Source: Parcubacteria group bacterium (lineage in GTDB: Bacteria; Patescibacteriota; Patescibacteriia; UBA9934; GWF2-40-263). Taken from it: a stretch of 64,000 nt of DNA. The stretch lies in the NCBI GenBank assembly GCA_013204395.1, contig JABMNZ010000026.1, positions 13,421-77,420 on the forward strand, in the 5' to 3' direction. Below the pieces are notes generated by a model. That model was not told the origin of the DNA. It searched no databases and saw nothing but the letters and a program-made list of their open reading frames with translations. The translations under genes were made by a program, and so were the position numbers. This document shows positions 26,480 to 35,313 of the stretch, one piece after another. Each line of letters starts with the position of its first letter. The stretch's first letter is position 1.

Positions 26480-27208
26480 TCATGACTGGTCCAGCCAAGT
26501 CATGATGCGGTCGAGTGTTGGGCGAACTCTCTGGAAGTTCTCTGTGCAGATCAAGCTGTGGTCACCGGCGGTGCGCACGGTCTGAACGTCCTCGCCAGGG
26601 TAGGTGGCAGCAGAGACGAAGAAGTCGTTCTCTGGCACGATCGCCATCACTGGGCAAGGGAAAGGCTTTTGCCAGAGTCGAAGTGGTGGAAGAGCAAGCT
26701 GCTTCACGGCCTTGCAGGGTTCTCCATGCATGGCTCCCATGAGCTGCCGCTTGAAGGACGAGTCACCGTCTTCAGACGTTCCATTGAGCATCAGCGCGTC
26801 GAGCTGAGTTGGTGTGTCCAGTATCAGGTCGTGGCCGCGCAGGACTCTCCAGAGGGGCTTGAAGGCGATGGGGAGCGAATGTAGGAGGACCAGTATTCGG
26901 ATCCCGCAACGTTCTAGGCCGCTGATGAGTACTACCTTCTTGAAGAGGTTTGGACGCAGAGTCGCAACACCCCGAGCTGTCTGGGCTCCAGCGCTGTAGC
27001 AGATCGCGAAGGCCCCGTCTGGAACGTCTCGGAGCTTTGCTTCAGCATCGCTGACGTAGTCCTTGAGAGAGTGGCTACGGTAAGAGATCAGGATGATGTT
27101 CCAGTCCACGAAGTGACTGATCACGTGGCGGAACCACCAACGGACATACTTCTCGTTTCTGTTTCCCCAAGAGCCCGGAAAGAGCACTAGGTTTTGTCTG
27201 CCTCCCAT
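26480..27208 (-). CDS. alpha/beta-hydrolase fold serine hydrolase
   Basis: …ICYSAGA… nucleophile elbow; GGAGGA RBS; high GC. Confidence 0.5.
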   Translation of the reverse strand: MGGRQNLVLFPGSWGNRNEKYVRWWFRHVISHFVDWNIILISYRSHSLKDYVSDAEAKLRDVPDGAFAICYSAGAQTARGVATLRPNLFKKVVLISGLERCGIRILVLLHSLPIAFKPLWRVLRGHDLILDTPTQLDALMLNGTSEDGDSSFKRQLMGAMHGEPCKAVKQLALPPLRLWQKPFPCPVMAIVPENDFFVSAATYPGEDVQTVRTAGDHSLICTENFQRVRPTLDRIMTWLDQS

Positions 27209-27271
27209 GAATCCTCCGGAAAAAGGGTGACATGGGAGCGTAGGTAATTTTAGGGTTCACGTCAAGGAATA

Positions 27272-27301
27272 TAAAGAAAAATGAGACTCCGTATGAGTCT
27301 C
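27272..27301 (-). terminator. rho-independent terminator (minus) after paralogue 3
   Basis: gagactc-cgtat-gagtctc hairpin then U-run on minus strand. Confidence 0.65.
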
Positions 27302-28874
27302 ATGTCGAGTACTTTGCCACCAGGCCCCAGAGCTGCGAGAGCAGGGTGTTGGCCTTGGGGAACCGTGGATTTTTGCGGGCGAGTTGGTAGTTGCCGCCCG
27401 TGTAGCTGATCAGGTGGGCATCCACCAGTGATCGCATGGCTTTGACCAGCTGCCTTCGGCTGGTAAGTGACACGTGATCTTTCACCTGTCGCCACACCTT
27501 CTTGTCATCTCGCGATGGCAGGGAGTCTGCCGTTGCCAAACGCTCTCCAGTTTGCAGGAGCCCGTAGACAAGTACTGCGCTCACGAGATCTCCGTCCAGG
27601 TCCGGGAAGGACGCGCAAACGTTGAGCTCGGAGCAGAGTGCATCAAAATCTGCAGATGCTTGCTCGCCATCATCTTTGAAGTTGGGGTGATGGCGTTTGT
27701 TTCCGGTTGGTTTTTGTTCGACAGGACGAGTGGGTGGGGACGTGTTTGCATCGCCTGATGGGATTGCTTGCAGACGTGGCAAAACCGTTTCCGTTTTCAG
27801 GGCCTCTAGGGCTGCTTTCGCGGTCAGGTGATTGTTCCAGTCAGCAGCAGAGCCACCAATGTCCCAAAACTCCCTGAGCAGGCAGGGACGTCCGACTTGC
27901 TCCCATTGATCAACAAGGTGTCGTAGTAGAGCCTGGTCGTTAAAGGTATAACGGAGGAGATCTGGTTCCTGCAGGCAGAGCGTCAAACTCTCTTGCGTGA
28001 GATCTCCGCGCTCGATCATGAGAAGGGCCATGAGTCCACCCGTGAACGAGAGTTCCTCGATGACTTTGCGCAAGTCGACCCTTCTGAATCCACTCAGTCG
28101 CGCTGCTGTGAACAGCTCCCACAACCGAAGTGGACCGTAGATCTCTTCGTAGAACATGACCCTATCGCAGACGTCGCGAATCTCAGGGAACGAGAGAAAG
28201 AACTCAATGGCAAGTAGCAGTGCGTCAAGGTCCTGCGGGTCTGGAAGGACAGGAGGATTTTCACTGAGAATGATCCGCCGGTCTTTGGTCAAGGCCAGCA
28301 TGGCCGTTACGGCGATTAGGCGCTTCGCCTGCGGTCCGTAATTACTGTCCGATGTCTCGATGACGTCAAGCTTGTTTTTGCTCAGGTCACTAAGACGGTT
28401 CACGAAGCTTTGAAGGTTCCTTGTACTTGTGAACCTCAGACCAAACGTCTCTACGATGTGTAGAACGCTGAGTGTCCTGTCGAGGTCTTTGCCGAAGATG
28501 TCCGTAAGTGATGCCACAACGCTGTTCATCGTGGCCAGGTATCCACCACGCTTCATGGGGCCCACACTGAGCGTCATTCTCGTGAGTGCCGTCGTCAGAC
28601 ATTCAACTGAGCCGGGTTGGATTCCCTTGTCTTCAAGCCATTTGCGCCACGTGGAGGGGATGAGACGATCGTCATCCTTGATCATTCTCCATGCATGGCT
28701 AGAGGGAATGATGTCGATGTCCATTTCACGGCCAAGCGAGTGGAGTACACCATTACGACGCTGCCCCTTGTATCCGGGGATTTGTTCGAACTCTGCTGTA
28801 AGCCTGGGTTCGATGGTGAGACACTGGATGTAGCGGTATCCACGACTGGATCTGCCTTGCAGTTTCACGTGCAC
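27300..28874 (-). CDS. hypothetical protein, member 3 of the paralogous family
   Basis: AAGGAGGTG RBS; C-terminal …FDALCSELNVCASFPDLDGD…GGNYQLARKNPRFPKAN…. Confidence 0.6.
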   Translation of the reverse strand: MHVKLQGRSSRGYRYIQCLTIEPRLTAEFEQIPGYKGQRRNGVLHSLGREMDIDIIPSSHAWRMIKDDDRLIPSTWRKWLEDKGIQPGSVECLTTALTRMTLSVGPMKRGGYLATMNSVVASLTDIFGKDLDRTLSVLHIVETFGLRFTSTRNLQSFVNRLSDLSKNKLDVIETSDSNYGPQAKRLIAVTAMLALTKDRRIILSENPPVLPDPQDLDALLLAIEFFLSFPEIRDVCDRVMFYEEIYGPLRLWELFTAARLSGFRRVDLRKVIEELSFTGGLMALLMIERGDLTQESLTLCLQEPDLLRYTFNDQALLRHLVDQWEQVGRPCLLREFWDIGGSAADWNNHLTAKAALEALKTETVLPRLQAIPSGDANTSPPTRPVEQKPTGNKRHHPNFKDDGEQASADFDALCSELNVCASFPDLDGDLVSAVLVYGLLQTGERLATADSLPSRDDKKVWRQVKDHVSLTSRRQLVKAMRSLVDAHLISYTGGNYQLARKNPRFPKANTLLSQLWGLVAKYST

Positions 28875-28916
28875 CTCCTTTCTCTACGCCTAACGTTGCC
28901 GTAGACGAAGAAATGA

Positions 28917-28975
28917 GATTAGTTGAATTGGACTCTACCGTCAAGGATTATAGGATCTGAAAAAAGGGTGTCAAA
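28917..28975 (-). promoter_or_regulatory. two tandem sigma70-like promoters on minus strand (TTGACA-N16-TATAAT; TTGACG-N17-TAATCT)
   Basis: Consensus hexamers; second matches promoter of paralogue 2. Confidence 0.5.
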
Positions 28976-29086
28976 GTTGGAGAGAGGTCCTTCTGGTACC
29001 TTGAGTTCTCGCGCACTGGTCAGGAAATACGTTTCCGTATGTAGCGCACAATGTGGTCTTTTTCTACATGACGAGCTCGTGTACCA

Positions 29087-29452
29087 TTGATACATATGTT
29101 ATTTAGCACCGTCATCCTTATAGCCTTACATACCTTCTTGGCCTGGATACTCATCGAGTCATTTGTGAATTTGTCTCATAAACTTGCACGTTCGACGTAT
29201 GTGCTTACGCACTACGCGGTTGTGGTGGGAACATTCAGCACACTTTTCGCCGTCTATTTTCGGTATTTTTCAGATGGAGTTTCAGTCTTTTGGGTGGTGG
29301 TTACCTCTCTTACCTTTTTATTGTTCTACGAGTTGGTAGTATTCCGGTATCTCTATAGTGGGGAACGATGGTTCTTAAACTGGACCGACTGGATCGTCCC
29401 AGTATTTTTATCCATGACCACTATTTATAGTGTTGGAAGATTAATGACATAA
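29087..29452 (+). CDS. small 4-TM membrane protein (paralogue of 22998..23357)
   Basis: Conserved C-terminal block. Confidence 0.5.
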   Translation: MIHMLFSTVILIALHTFLAWILIESFVNLSHKLARSTYVLTHYAVVVGTFSTLFAVYFRYFSDGVSVFWVVVTSLTFLLFYELVVFRYLYSGERWFLNWTDWIVPVFLSMTTIYSVGRLMT

Positions 29453-29456
29453 TTAT

Positions 29457-32120
29457 ATGGATAGATTTGGAGAATCACATAGTCGCCGTGAAACCAGTGG
29501 GCAGGAGTCAATTGGTGAGACACACGAAAACATTTCAGATGCTGAGACCCTTGGTGTCGAATCAAAAAATAATTCAACACTATTTGATCGATTTGAAGAT
29601 GTTGTCAAAGAACACCTAACTTCACACGGGAAGGGTCTTTTGAAGGATCGCTTCATTGAACTAGAATCAATGATTCCTGATACTGGTGTGTTGAATCAAC
29701 TTGTCGATGAGATAGTGGGTGATGCGCATCCAAGTTATATTCTTTCAAAAGTTCTTGAGTTAAAACTAATGGTTGCAGAACTCTATAAGAATGGTGCGGA
29801 AGGTTTTTCTTGGTTTGAAAAAGTTGTTGGGCAATTCTCCCCCGCTACAGCACTCCGTTTTCTTGAGCAGGCGGATCGTATCGGGGCCGAAAATGTGCGG
29901 CTTTTTATTATGGAACGAGGGGGGGAATGGGATGAACAAGATGAGTTCCGTGGGGCTATTTTAGAGGAGTTTTTTGTTGATTATAAAGTTGCCGCAGAAT
30001 TGTCAAAACAAAAAATCGCTGCGATGGTTGCGGAGAGGTTGGCTCAGAATAGGCCGCTGGAGATGCCGGAGCAAGATGGGGTAGATGTGTCTGTGGGAGT
30101 GGTACTTGAGATGCCTTCCCTTGAATTTGATCCAGCTTGGTATTCACTCGATGATAACAAGTACTACAAATTTACAGATGATCATGATGATTCAGATTAT
30201 GAGCTCCCTTCTGAGTTGAAAGAATATGCAAGATTGGCACGATCCCCCAAAAAAGGAGATCTGCTACAACTCTATGCGTCTTTAAAAGAAGGTGCAGTAG
30301 ATGATTCCACTGAATTACTTGAATCCGTGATTGGACTTGGGCCGATACCACCAGAAAAATTAATCAAAGTAAGAAAGGCGTTAGATTTAATGGCACAGGT
30401 TTGGGGACTCCAAGAAGGAGATTCTGATGAGGTGGAGAAGTTGAAGGGGAAGTTAGAAGGTGTACGTGACAATTCACGTTTACCACCATCATCTGAATCA
30501 TTTTCGTTACATCATCAAACGCTCGATCGATCAAGAACCATCCCCTCATTTGAAAATGCTTTGCAGAAGCAGATGATGGAGTCTCTTGTTGCCTCTGCGG
30601 TTCATCACGCTCGGGTAGATGATGAAAACTATTTGCAGATGGCTGAGACATTAATTTCAGCTGAGCGCCAGGCGAGGAAAATGTATAAAGAGGTTGTTGA
30701 TAAGGGGGTTCCTGTTTTTAAAGAATATGTACGTTGGGTAAACACTGAGGCGAAAGAGGCTAAACAACAGGGCCGTGAGTACCCAGGAGAGTTCTATGTT
30801 GGAAGAGACACGTATCAGACACTGTATCCAGCTGCAAAAGCCATGAGGTGGGGTGGTATGTCTGGGGGAGAAAAAAACCGACTCACCGTATTTGTGAATG
30901 TATCACGCCCCTTGTTGGCAAACATGAACAAGGGACAAGAGGCAAAAGAAATCATGCGCGCCTGGTTAAAACAAGAGGGGGTCACGCAGGAGATGTTCGG
31001 TATAGATGGTGGGTACTCTGGAAGTGGGCCCTTTGGAGTGTTTAGGTCGCTCGATCCAGGATTTTCGTATGAGCAGGGAGATGAGCAAATTCGCTTGTTA
31101 GAAACAGGTCAAGATGAAAGACGTTTCAATCTCGATAAGGATTATTATGGAGTTGTTGAATGGATGGAAACTTTGCCAAAGTTTACAGATAGGGCTCAAA
31201 AAATTGGTGCCACAGACATGGGAAAGTATTATGCACAATCAAAGGACCGTTCACCTATAGAGCAAATGTTGGCATGGACCGTTCAGCATGCTGTGTGGAG
31301 AGAGATGGTGCAGTTTGATCCAGAGAATTCACTTGAAATGTCTGGTGAGAAAGCGGCCTCTGGCAATGACACGTCTGATGATACACACCCATCCTCTACT
31401 TGGAAGGATGGTTTAGAGGTTCCGGATGCCGTGGCTTTATCCATGGAGCATAAGTATGGAAAAACGTTATTTTATGAAGATATTGGTCATGTCATGACGA
31501 GTATTGAGTGGAATGCTGCCACTAAAAGGTATGAGCTTAGGTTGGACTCTTGGGAGACTGAGGAGATTGCCATTGAACTTCCATTCGGGGTGACGCAAGA
31601 TCAGGTTAATGGCCTAATTCCTGATATACGCACGATCGTTGCAAATAAAAGAGTGACTCAAGAAGCACAAGATGCTTTAAGGGACCTTATTACTACGATA
31701 CCCGTTTTGGAGAAAGAGTTTCAAATTGATCTGAGTTTAAAAGCGTATTATTCAGATAGTTTTGGGTATGTTTCGATAAGCCAACCTGGTTATCATGGCC
31801 CAGCCTCTATCTTTTTTCAGGATTCAAATATTCTCTTGAAGTTGCCACAGTTCGTGACTTCTTTAGAATTACCAGGGATTTGGGCTGGAGTTCTTGAGAT
31901 TCTTGCCGAAGAAAACCAGAAAGAAGAAGGTGAATTGAGTGTTCATGAGAAGATTGTTGAGTACCTCTCCTATCTATTCCCTGGTGAAGAAATTGAGCAA
32001 GCATCTTCAACTTGGCAAGACTATGGGGGTCATGAGGAAGAAGATGGAGATTTAGATGTTGAGGATATGTATTGGATGGACATGGACGGTGAGCTAGATA
32101 TGTACGAGGGACAATGGTAA
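29457..32120 (+). CDS. large hypothetical protein (887 aa), acidic N- and C-termini
   Basis: Uninterrupted ORF with consistent codon usage; no recognisable motifs. Confidence 0.5.
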   Translation: MDRFGESHSRRETSGQESIGETHENISDAETLGVESKNNSTLFDRFEDVVKEHLTSHGKGLLKDRFIELESMIPDTGVLNQLVDEIVGDAHPSYILSKVLELKLMVAELYKNGAEGFSWFEKVVGQFSPATALRFLEQADRIGAENVRLFIMERGGEWDEQDEFRGAILEEFFVDYKVAAELSKQKIAAMVAERLAQNRPLEMPEQDGVDVSVGVVLEMPSLEFDPAWYSLDDNKYYKFTDDHDDSDYELPSELKEYARLARSPKKGDLLQLYASLKEGAVDDSTELLESVIGLGPIPPEKLIKVRKALDLMAQVWGLQEGDSDEVEKLKGKLEGVRDNSRLPPSSESFSLHHQTLDRSRTIPSFENALQKQMMESLVASAVHHARVDDENYLQMAETLISAERQARKMYKEVVDKGVPVFKEYVRWVNTEAKEAKQQGREYPGEFYVGRDTYQTLYPAAKAMRWGGMSGGEKNRLTVFVNVSRPLLANMNKGQEAKEIMRAWLKQEGVTQEMFGIDGGYSGSGPFGVFRSLDPGFSYEQGDEQIRLLETGQDERRFNLDKDYYGVVEWMETLPKFTDRAQKIGATDMGKYYAQSKDRSPIEQMLAWTVQHAVWREMVQFDPENSLEMSGEKAASGNDTSDDTHPSSTWKDGLEVPDAVALSMEHKYGKTLFYEDIGHVMTSIEWNAATKRYELRLDSWETEEIAIELPFGVTQDQVNGLIPDIRTIVANKRVTQEAQDALRDLITTIPVLEKEFQIDLSLKAYYSDSFGYVSISQPGYHGPASIFFQDSNILLKLPQFVTSLELPGIWAGVLEILAEENQKEEGELSVHEKIVEYLSYLFPGEEIEQASSTWQDYGGHEEEDGDLDVEDMYWMDMDGELDMYEGQW

Positions 32121-32126
32121 TTAAAT

Positions 32127-32154
32127 ACCGGTAGGGAGACCTACCGGGTTTTTG
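32127..32154 (+). terminator. rho-independent terminator
   Basis: accggtagg-gaga-cctaccgg + TTTTTGTTT. Confidence 0.75.
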
Positions 32155-32155
32155 T

Positions 32156-33094
32156 TTACGGGACAAGTGCCCGTGCAACACGTGTAAGCGTTGCTCGTCC
32201 TTCCAGACAGTCTCGCCATTGACGTGGGACGGCACCTGGACCGAGTGTGGCCCCGAGGATGGCGCCAGCCATCGAGCCGGTCGAGTCACTGTCACCTGAG
32301 TGGTTGACGGCGAAGCGGACTCCTTCCAGGTAGTCCGTGGGGAAGCACCTTGCTGCGTAGATGCCCATTGCCAATGCGTCGTCCGCATCCCAACCGCTGC
32401 CTATATTGTCCATGTTGCGACGTTCGTTTGCGCCAACAGGGAGATCCAGTACAGATGTTGTGATTGGAAGAGTGCTTCTTCCGATCCTGTTGATCAAGAG
32501 CCTCATGACAGCCAGGCCCTCATCGAGAGTCGAGCCATCACACAGGGAGCTGATCAGAGCGGCCATGGCCCCGCCGGCTGTGACAGCTTCGGACCCTCCG
32601 TGCGTCAAGACACTGACTTCCATGCCGATTCGGAATGCCTCGTCTGGTTTTCCCGCGAAGGCGATGCCGACGGGGTGTACACGCATAACGGATCCACAGC
32701 TGTCTGAGTTGTTCAGTGGATCCTTGAGGGTTCCACTGCGCTGTCCGCTCAGTGAGCCCATAGACGTGCCACCAGGAGATCGGTTCTCCCGTGGGTCTGA
32801 CTGAGTCAGATGCCAGCGCTTGAGTTCGTTCCAGACTCGTCCGCGAATGGATTCGGTAGAATTCCCATCCAGAGCTGAGAGGATCAATCCTTCGGCAACG
32901 GCGTGTGCCTGCTGAGTATCATCGGTGATGACACCTGGCGGCAGTCGGAATGCAGGTTGTAGATCCTGGACTCCGTTTGGTCCATATCGTTTGAGGATCT
33001 CTGCATGGCTAATGAATTCGACGGCGGCACCCAAGGAATCACCTCCAGCCCCGCCAAGCATGCATCCAATAGCACGATCAATGGTAGTCAACAT
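32156..33094 (-). CDS. ADP-ribosylglycohydrolase family protein
   Basis: N-terminal AIGCMLGGAGGDSLGAAVEF (ARH/DraG family Gly-rich motif); AAGGAGGA RBS; high GC. Confidence 0.75.
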   Translation of the reverse strand: MLTTIDRAIGCMLGGAGGDSLGAAVEFISHAEILKRYGPNGVQDLQPAFRLPPGVITDDTQQAHAVAEGLILSALDGNSTESIRGRVWNELKRWHLTQSDPRENRSPGGTSMGSLSGQRSGTLKDPLNNSDSCGSVMRVHPVGIAFAGKPDEAFRIGMEVSVLTHGGSEAVTAGGAMAALISSLCDGSTLDEGLAVMRLLINRIGRSTLPITTSVLDLPVGANERRNMDNIGSGWDADDALAMGIYAARCFPTDYLEGVRFAVNHSGDSDSTGSMAGAILGATLGPGAVPRQWRDCLEGRATLTRVARALVP

Positions 33095-33155
33095 GGTTTC
33101 CTCCTTTGCTTAAGCTGGATGTCGACCGTGAAACATAGAGGAAAAAACCGTTATT

Positions 33156-33175
33156 GTCAACCGAAAAAGGTTGAC
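33156..33175. promoter_or_regulatory. perfect palindrome GTCAACC-N6-GGTTGAC between divergent ARH gene and murA
   Basis: Forms back-to-back TTGACA/TTGACC -35 boxes on opposite strands. Confidence 0.5.
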
Positions 33176-33207
33176 CTCACAGATGAGAGGGGTATCCTTA
33201 CGGCGCT

Positions 33208-34518
33208 ATGCCTGATGTATTTAAAGTTATGGGTGGTACCCCACTTCACGGGGAAATCACTGTTTCTGGCGCTAAGAACGCCGCGTCCAAGATGATGATC
33301 GCAAGCCTGCTCACCGATGAGCAGGTAGTTTTGTCTAATGTGCCACGTCAAAGGGAAACAGAAATTACGCTAGAGATTATTGAAACCGTTGGGGCTAAAA
33401 CTAGTTGGCAGGATCAAAACATTCTCGTCACTCAAACACAGGATGTGACAACAACGGCCGTGAGTAAACTTACGCGTAAGAACAGAATTTCAATTCTTGC
33501 TCTTGCTCCACTTTTACATCGAGCAGGAGAAGCGTTTGTTCCTGGCCCAGGGGGATGTCCACTCGGACCTCGGCCCGTGAACTTTCATATTGAGATTCTT
33601 AAACAGATGGGTGCACAGGTTGAGAATATCGATGACGGATATCATGCACATGTCACAGGACGTTTACAGGGAGCTGTGATTGAACTTGATTATCCATCTG
33701 TGGGAGCAACTGAGACCGCTATCTTGGCTGGAGTGCTTGCCAATGGCCGAACAACAATTCGAAATGCTGCCGGAGAGCCAGAGGTGAAAGAGCTAATTAT
33801 GATGCTTCAGAACATGGGAGCGATTATTCAGGTGAATACGGGAAGGCACATTGAAATAATCGGCGTAGAAAAGTTGCACGGTGTGCAGGCTCGAGTCATG
33901 CCCGACAGAATGGAAGCTGCGTCGTTTGCTTGTATGGCCCTTGGGACCGGTGGCGAGATTTTTATCAGAGAAGCTGAGCAAACACACATGATCACTTTTT
34001 TAAATGCTGTGCGAAAGATTGGCGGCACTTATGAGGTGAGGCCTGATGGAATTTTGTTTCGTGGTACAAAACCATTTCATGGCATGGAGCTAGAGACCGA
34101 TACCCATCCAGGATTCATGACAGACTGGCAGCAACCGTTTTTGGTTGTGCTCACTCAGGCCAAGGGAACGTCTGTTATTCACGAGACGGTGTATGAGGAA
34201 CGATTTGGTTATACAGACGCCTTAAAAAAGATGGGAGCAGAGGTAACACTTTTTAGTAATTGTCTTGGAGAGATCGACTGTCGGTTTAAAGGCCGGAACT
34301 ATAAACACTCAGCCGTGATTACTGGACCACGGAATTTAAAAGCTGCGGACGTTGACGTACCAGACATCCGCGCTGGTCTGGCATTGGTGGTCGCTGCATT
34401 GGTTGCAGATGGAACGTCGACACTTAATGGTATCCATCATTTAGATCGCGGCTACGAGAGGTTGGAGGAAAAGCTGCGAGGTGTGGGAGCAAAGATTGAA
34501 AGGGTGGTAGAGAATTAA
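33208..34518 (+). CDS. murA: UDP-N-acetylglucosamine 1-carboxyvinyltransferase
   Basis: Full-length collinear match to MurA incl. active-site C (…GGCPLGPRPV…) and C-terminal HLDRGYERLEEKLRGVGAKIERV. Confidence 0.9.
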   Translation: MPDVFKVMGGTPLHGEITVSGAKNAASKMMIASLLTDEQVVLSNVPRQRETEITLEIIETVGAKTSWQDQNILVTQTQDVTTTAVSKLTRKNRISILALAPLLHRAGEAFVPGPGGCPLGPRPVNFHIEILKQMGAQVENIDDGYHAHVTGRLQGAVIELDYPSVGATETAILAGVLANGRTTIRNAAGEPEVKELIMMLQNMGAIIQVNTGRHIEIIGVEKLHGVQARVMPDRMEAASFACMALGTGGEIFIREAEQTHMITFLNAVRKIGGTYEVRPDGILFRGTKPFHGMELETDTHPGFMTDWQQPFLVVLTQAKGTSVIHETVYEERFGYTDALKKMGAEVTLFSNCLGEIDCRFKGRNYKHSAVITGPRNLKAADVDVPDIRAGLALVVAALVADGTSTLNGIHHLDRGYERLEEKLRGVGAKIERVVEN

Positions 34519-34552
34519 AAAAACACTCCGCATGTTGCGGAGTGTTTTTTCT
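34519..34552. terminator. bidirectional rho-independent terminator
   Basis: A7-acactccgcatgttgcggagtgt-T6. Confidence 0.8.
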
Positions 34553-35262
34553 TAGTAGGCAAAAGCCTTATTTAGTTCTTGGAAAAGTAGATCGATCTGC
34601 CCGACGTTACGCCTAAAGGGTTCGATTCCCATTGTGTCAGCTCGACTTATTTCATACTGAATGAGCAGGAAATCTTCCCAGTCAATATCAATCGCATTCA
34701 CATCTAATGCTTCAAGCGGTTCCATTAACTTCTTCTCCAGGAGTGTTTTGATACCGTCGCGAAATTTGGCACCAGTTCTGGATAGCAAGTTGATGTTATA
34801 TCCAAAGTAGTCACATGTCTGTAAAAGAGTAGCGAATACTTTTTTATCTGCATCGATTTTAAAGAATTCAGGATCAGTTTCTTCAATTTCACGAATTGCT
34901 TCTTCAGCCGCAGACGTTTTTGATGAGCGTCGATCACCATGCTCTTCTCCGCTTTTGTCTAGGTCGTGATAAAGTGCAACCATTCGCATTAGCTCAGGTA
35001 CATTGAAAGTTGTTCCATCTAAGGACATTTTAGACAGTTTGTCTGTACGAAGATTGGTTAGGACCAGTCTTGTGTGTTCTAAAATTGTTTTACCGTCAAT
35101 TTCGTGCCTTATATTTTCTAGATTCAAAACTTTCTTTCTTTTTAAATTCGCAGCAACAAATTGTTCCCGGTTGGAAATACTCATTCTGAACTCTGAATCA
35201 AGCATTTCCCCTCGTCGAAGTTCTGTTGGTTCCCTTGTTGGCATTTCTAGCATATTCAACAT
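34552..35262 (-). CDS. HD-domain-like hypothetical protein
   Basis: …VALYHDLDK… HD motif. Confidence 0.4.
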   Translation of the reverse strand: MLNMLEMPTREPTELRRGEMLDSEFRMSISNREQFVAANLKRKKVLNLENIRHEIDGKTILEHTRLVLTNLRTDKLSKMSLDGTTFNVPELMRMVALYHDLDKSGEEHGDRRSSKTSAAEEAIREIEETDPEFFKIDADKKVFATLLQTCDYFGYNINLLSRTGAKFRDGIKTLLEKKLMEPLEALDVNAIDIDWEDFLLIQYEISRADTMGIEPFRRNVGQIDLLFQELNKAFAY

Positions 35263-35313
35263 TGATCATGTTACGAGAATAGAATACCATCTTAGTGAAT
35301 AAGATATACATAT

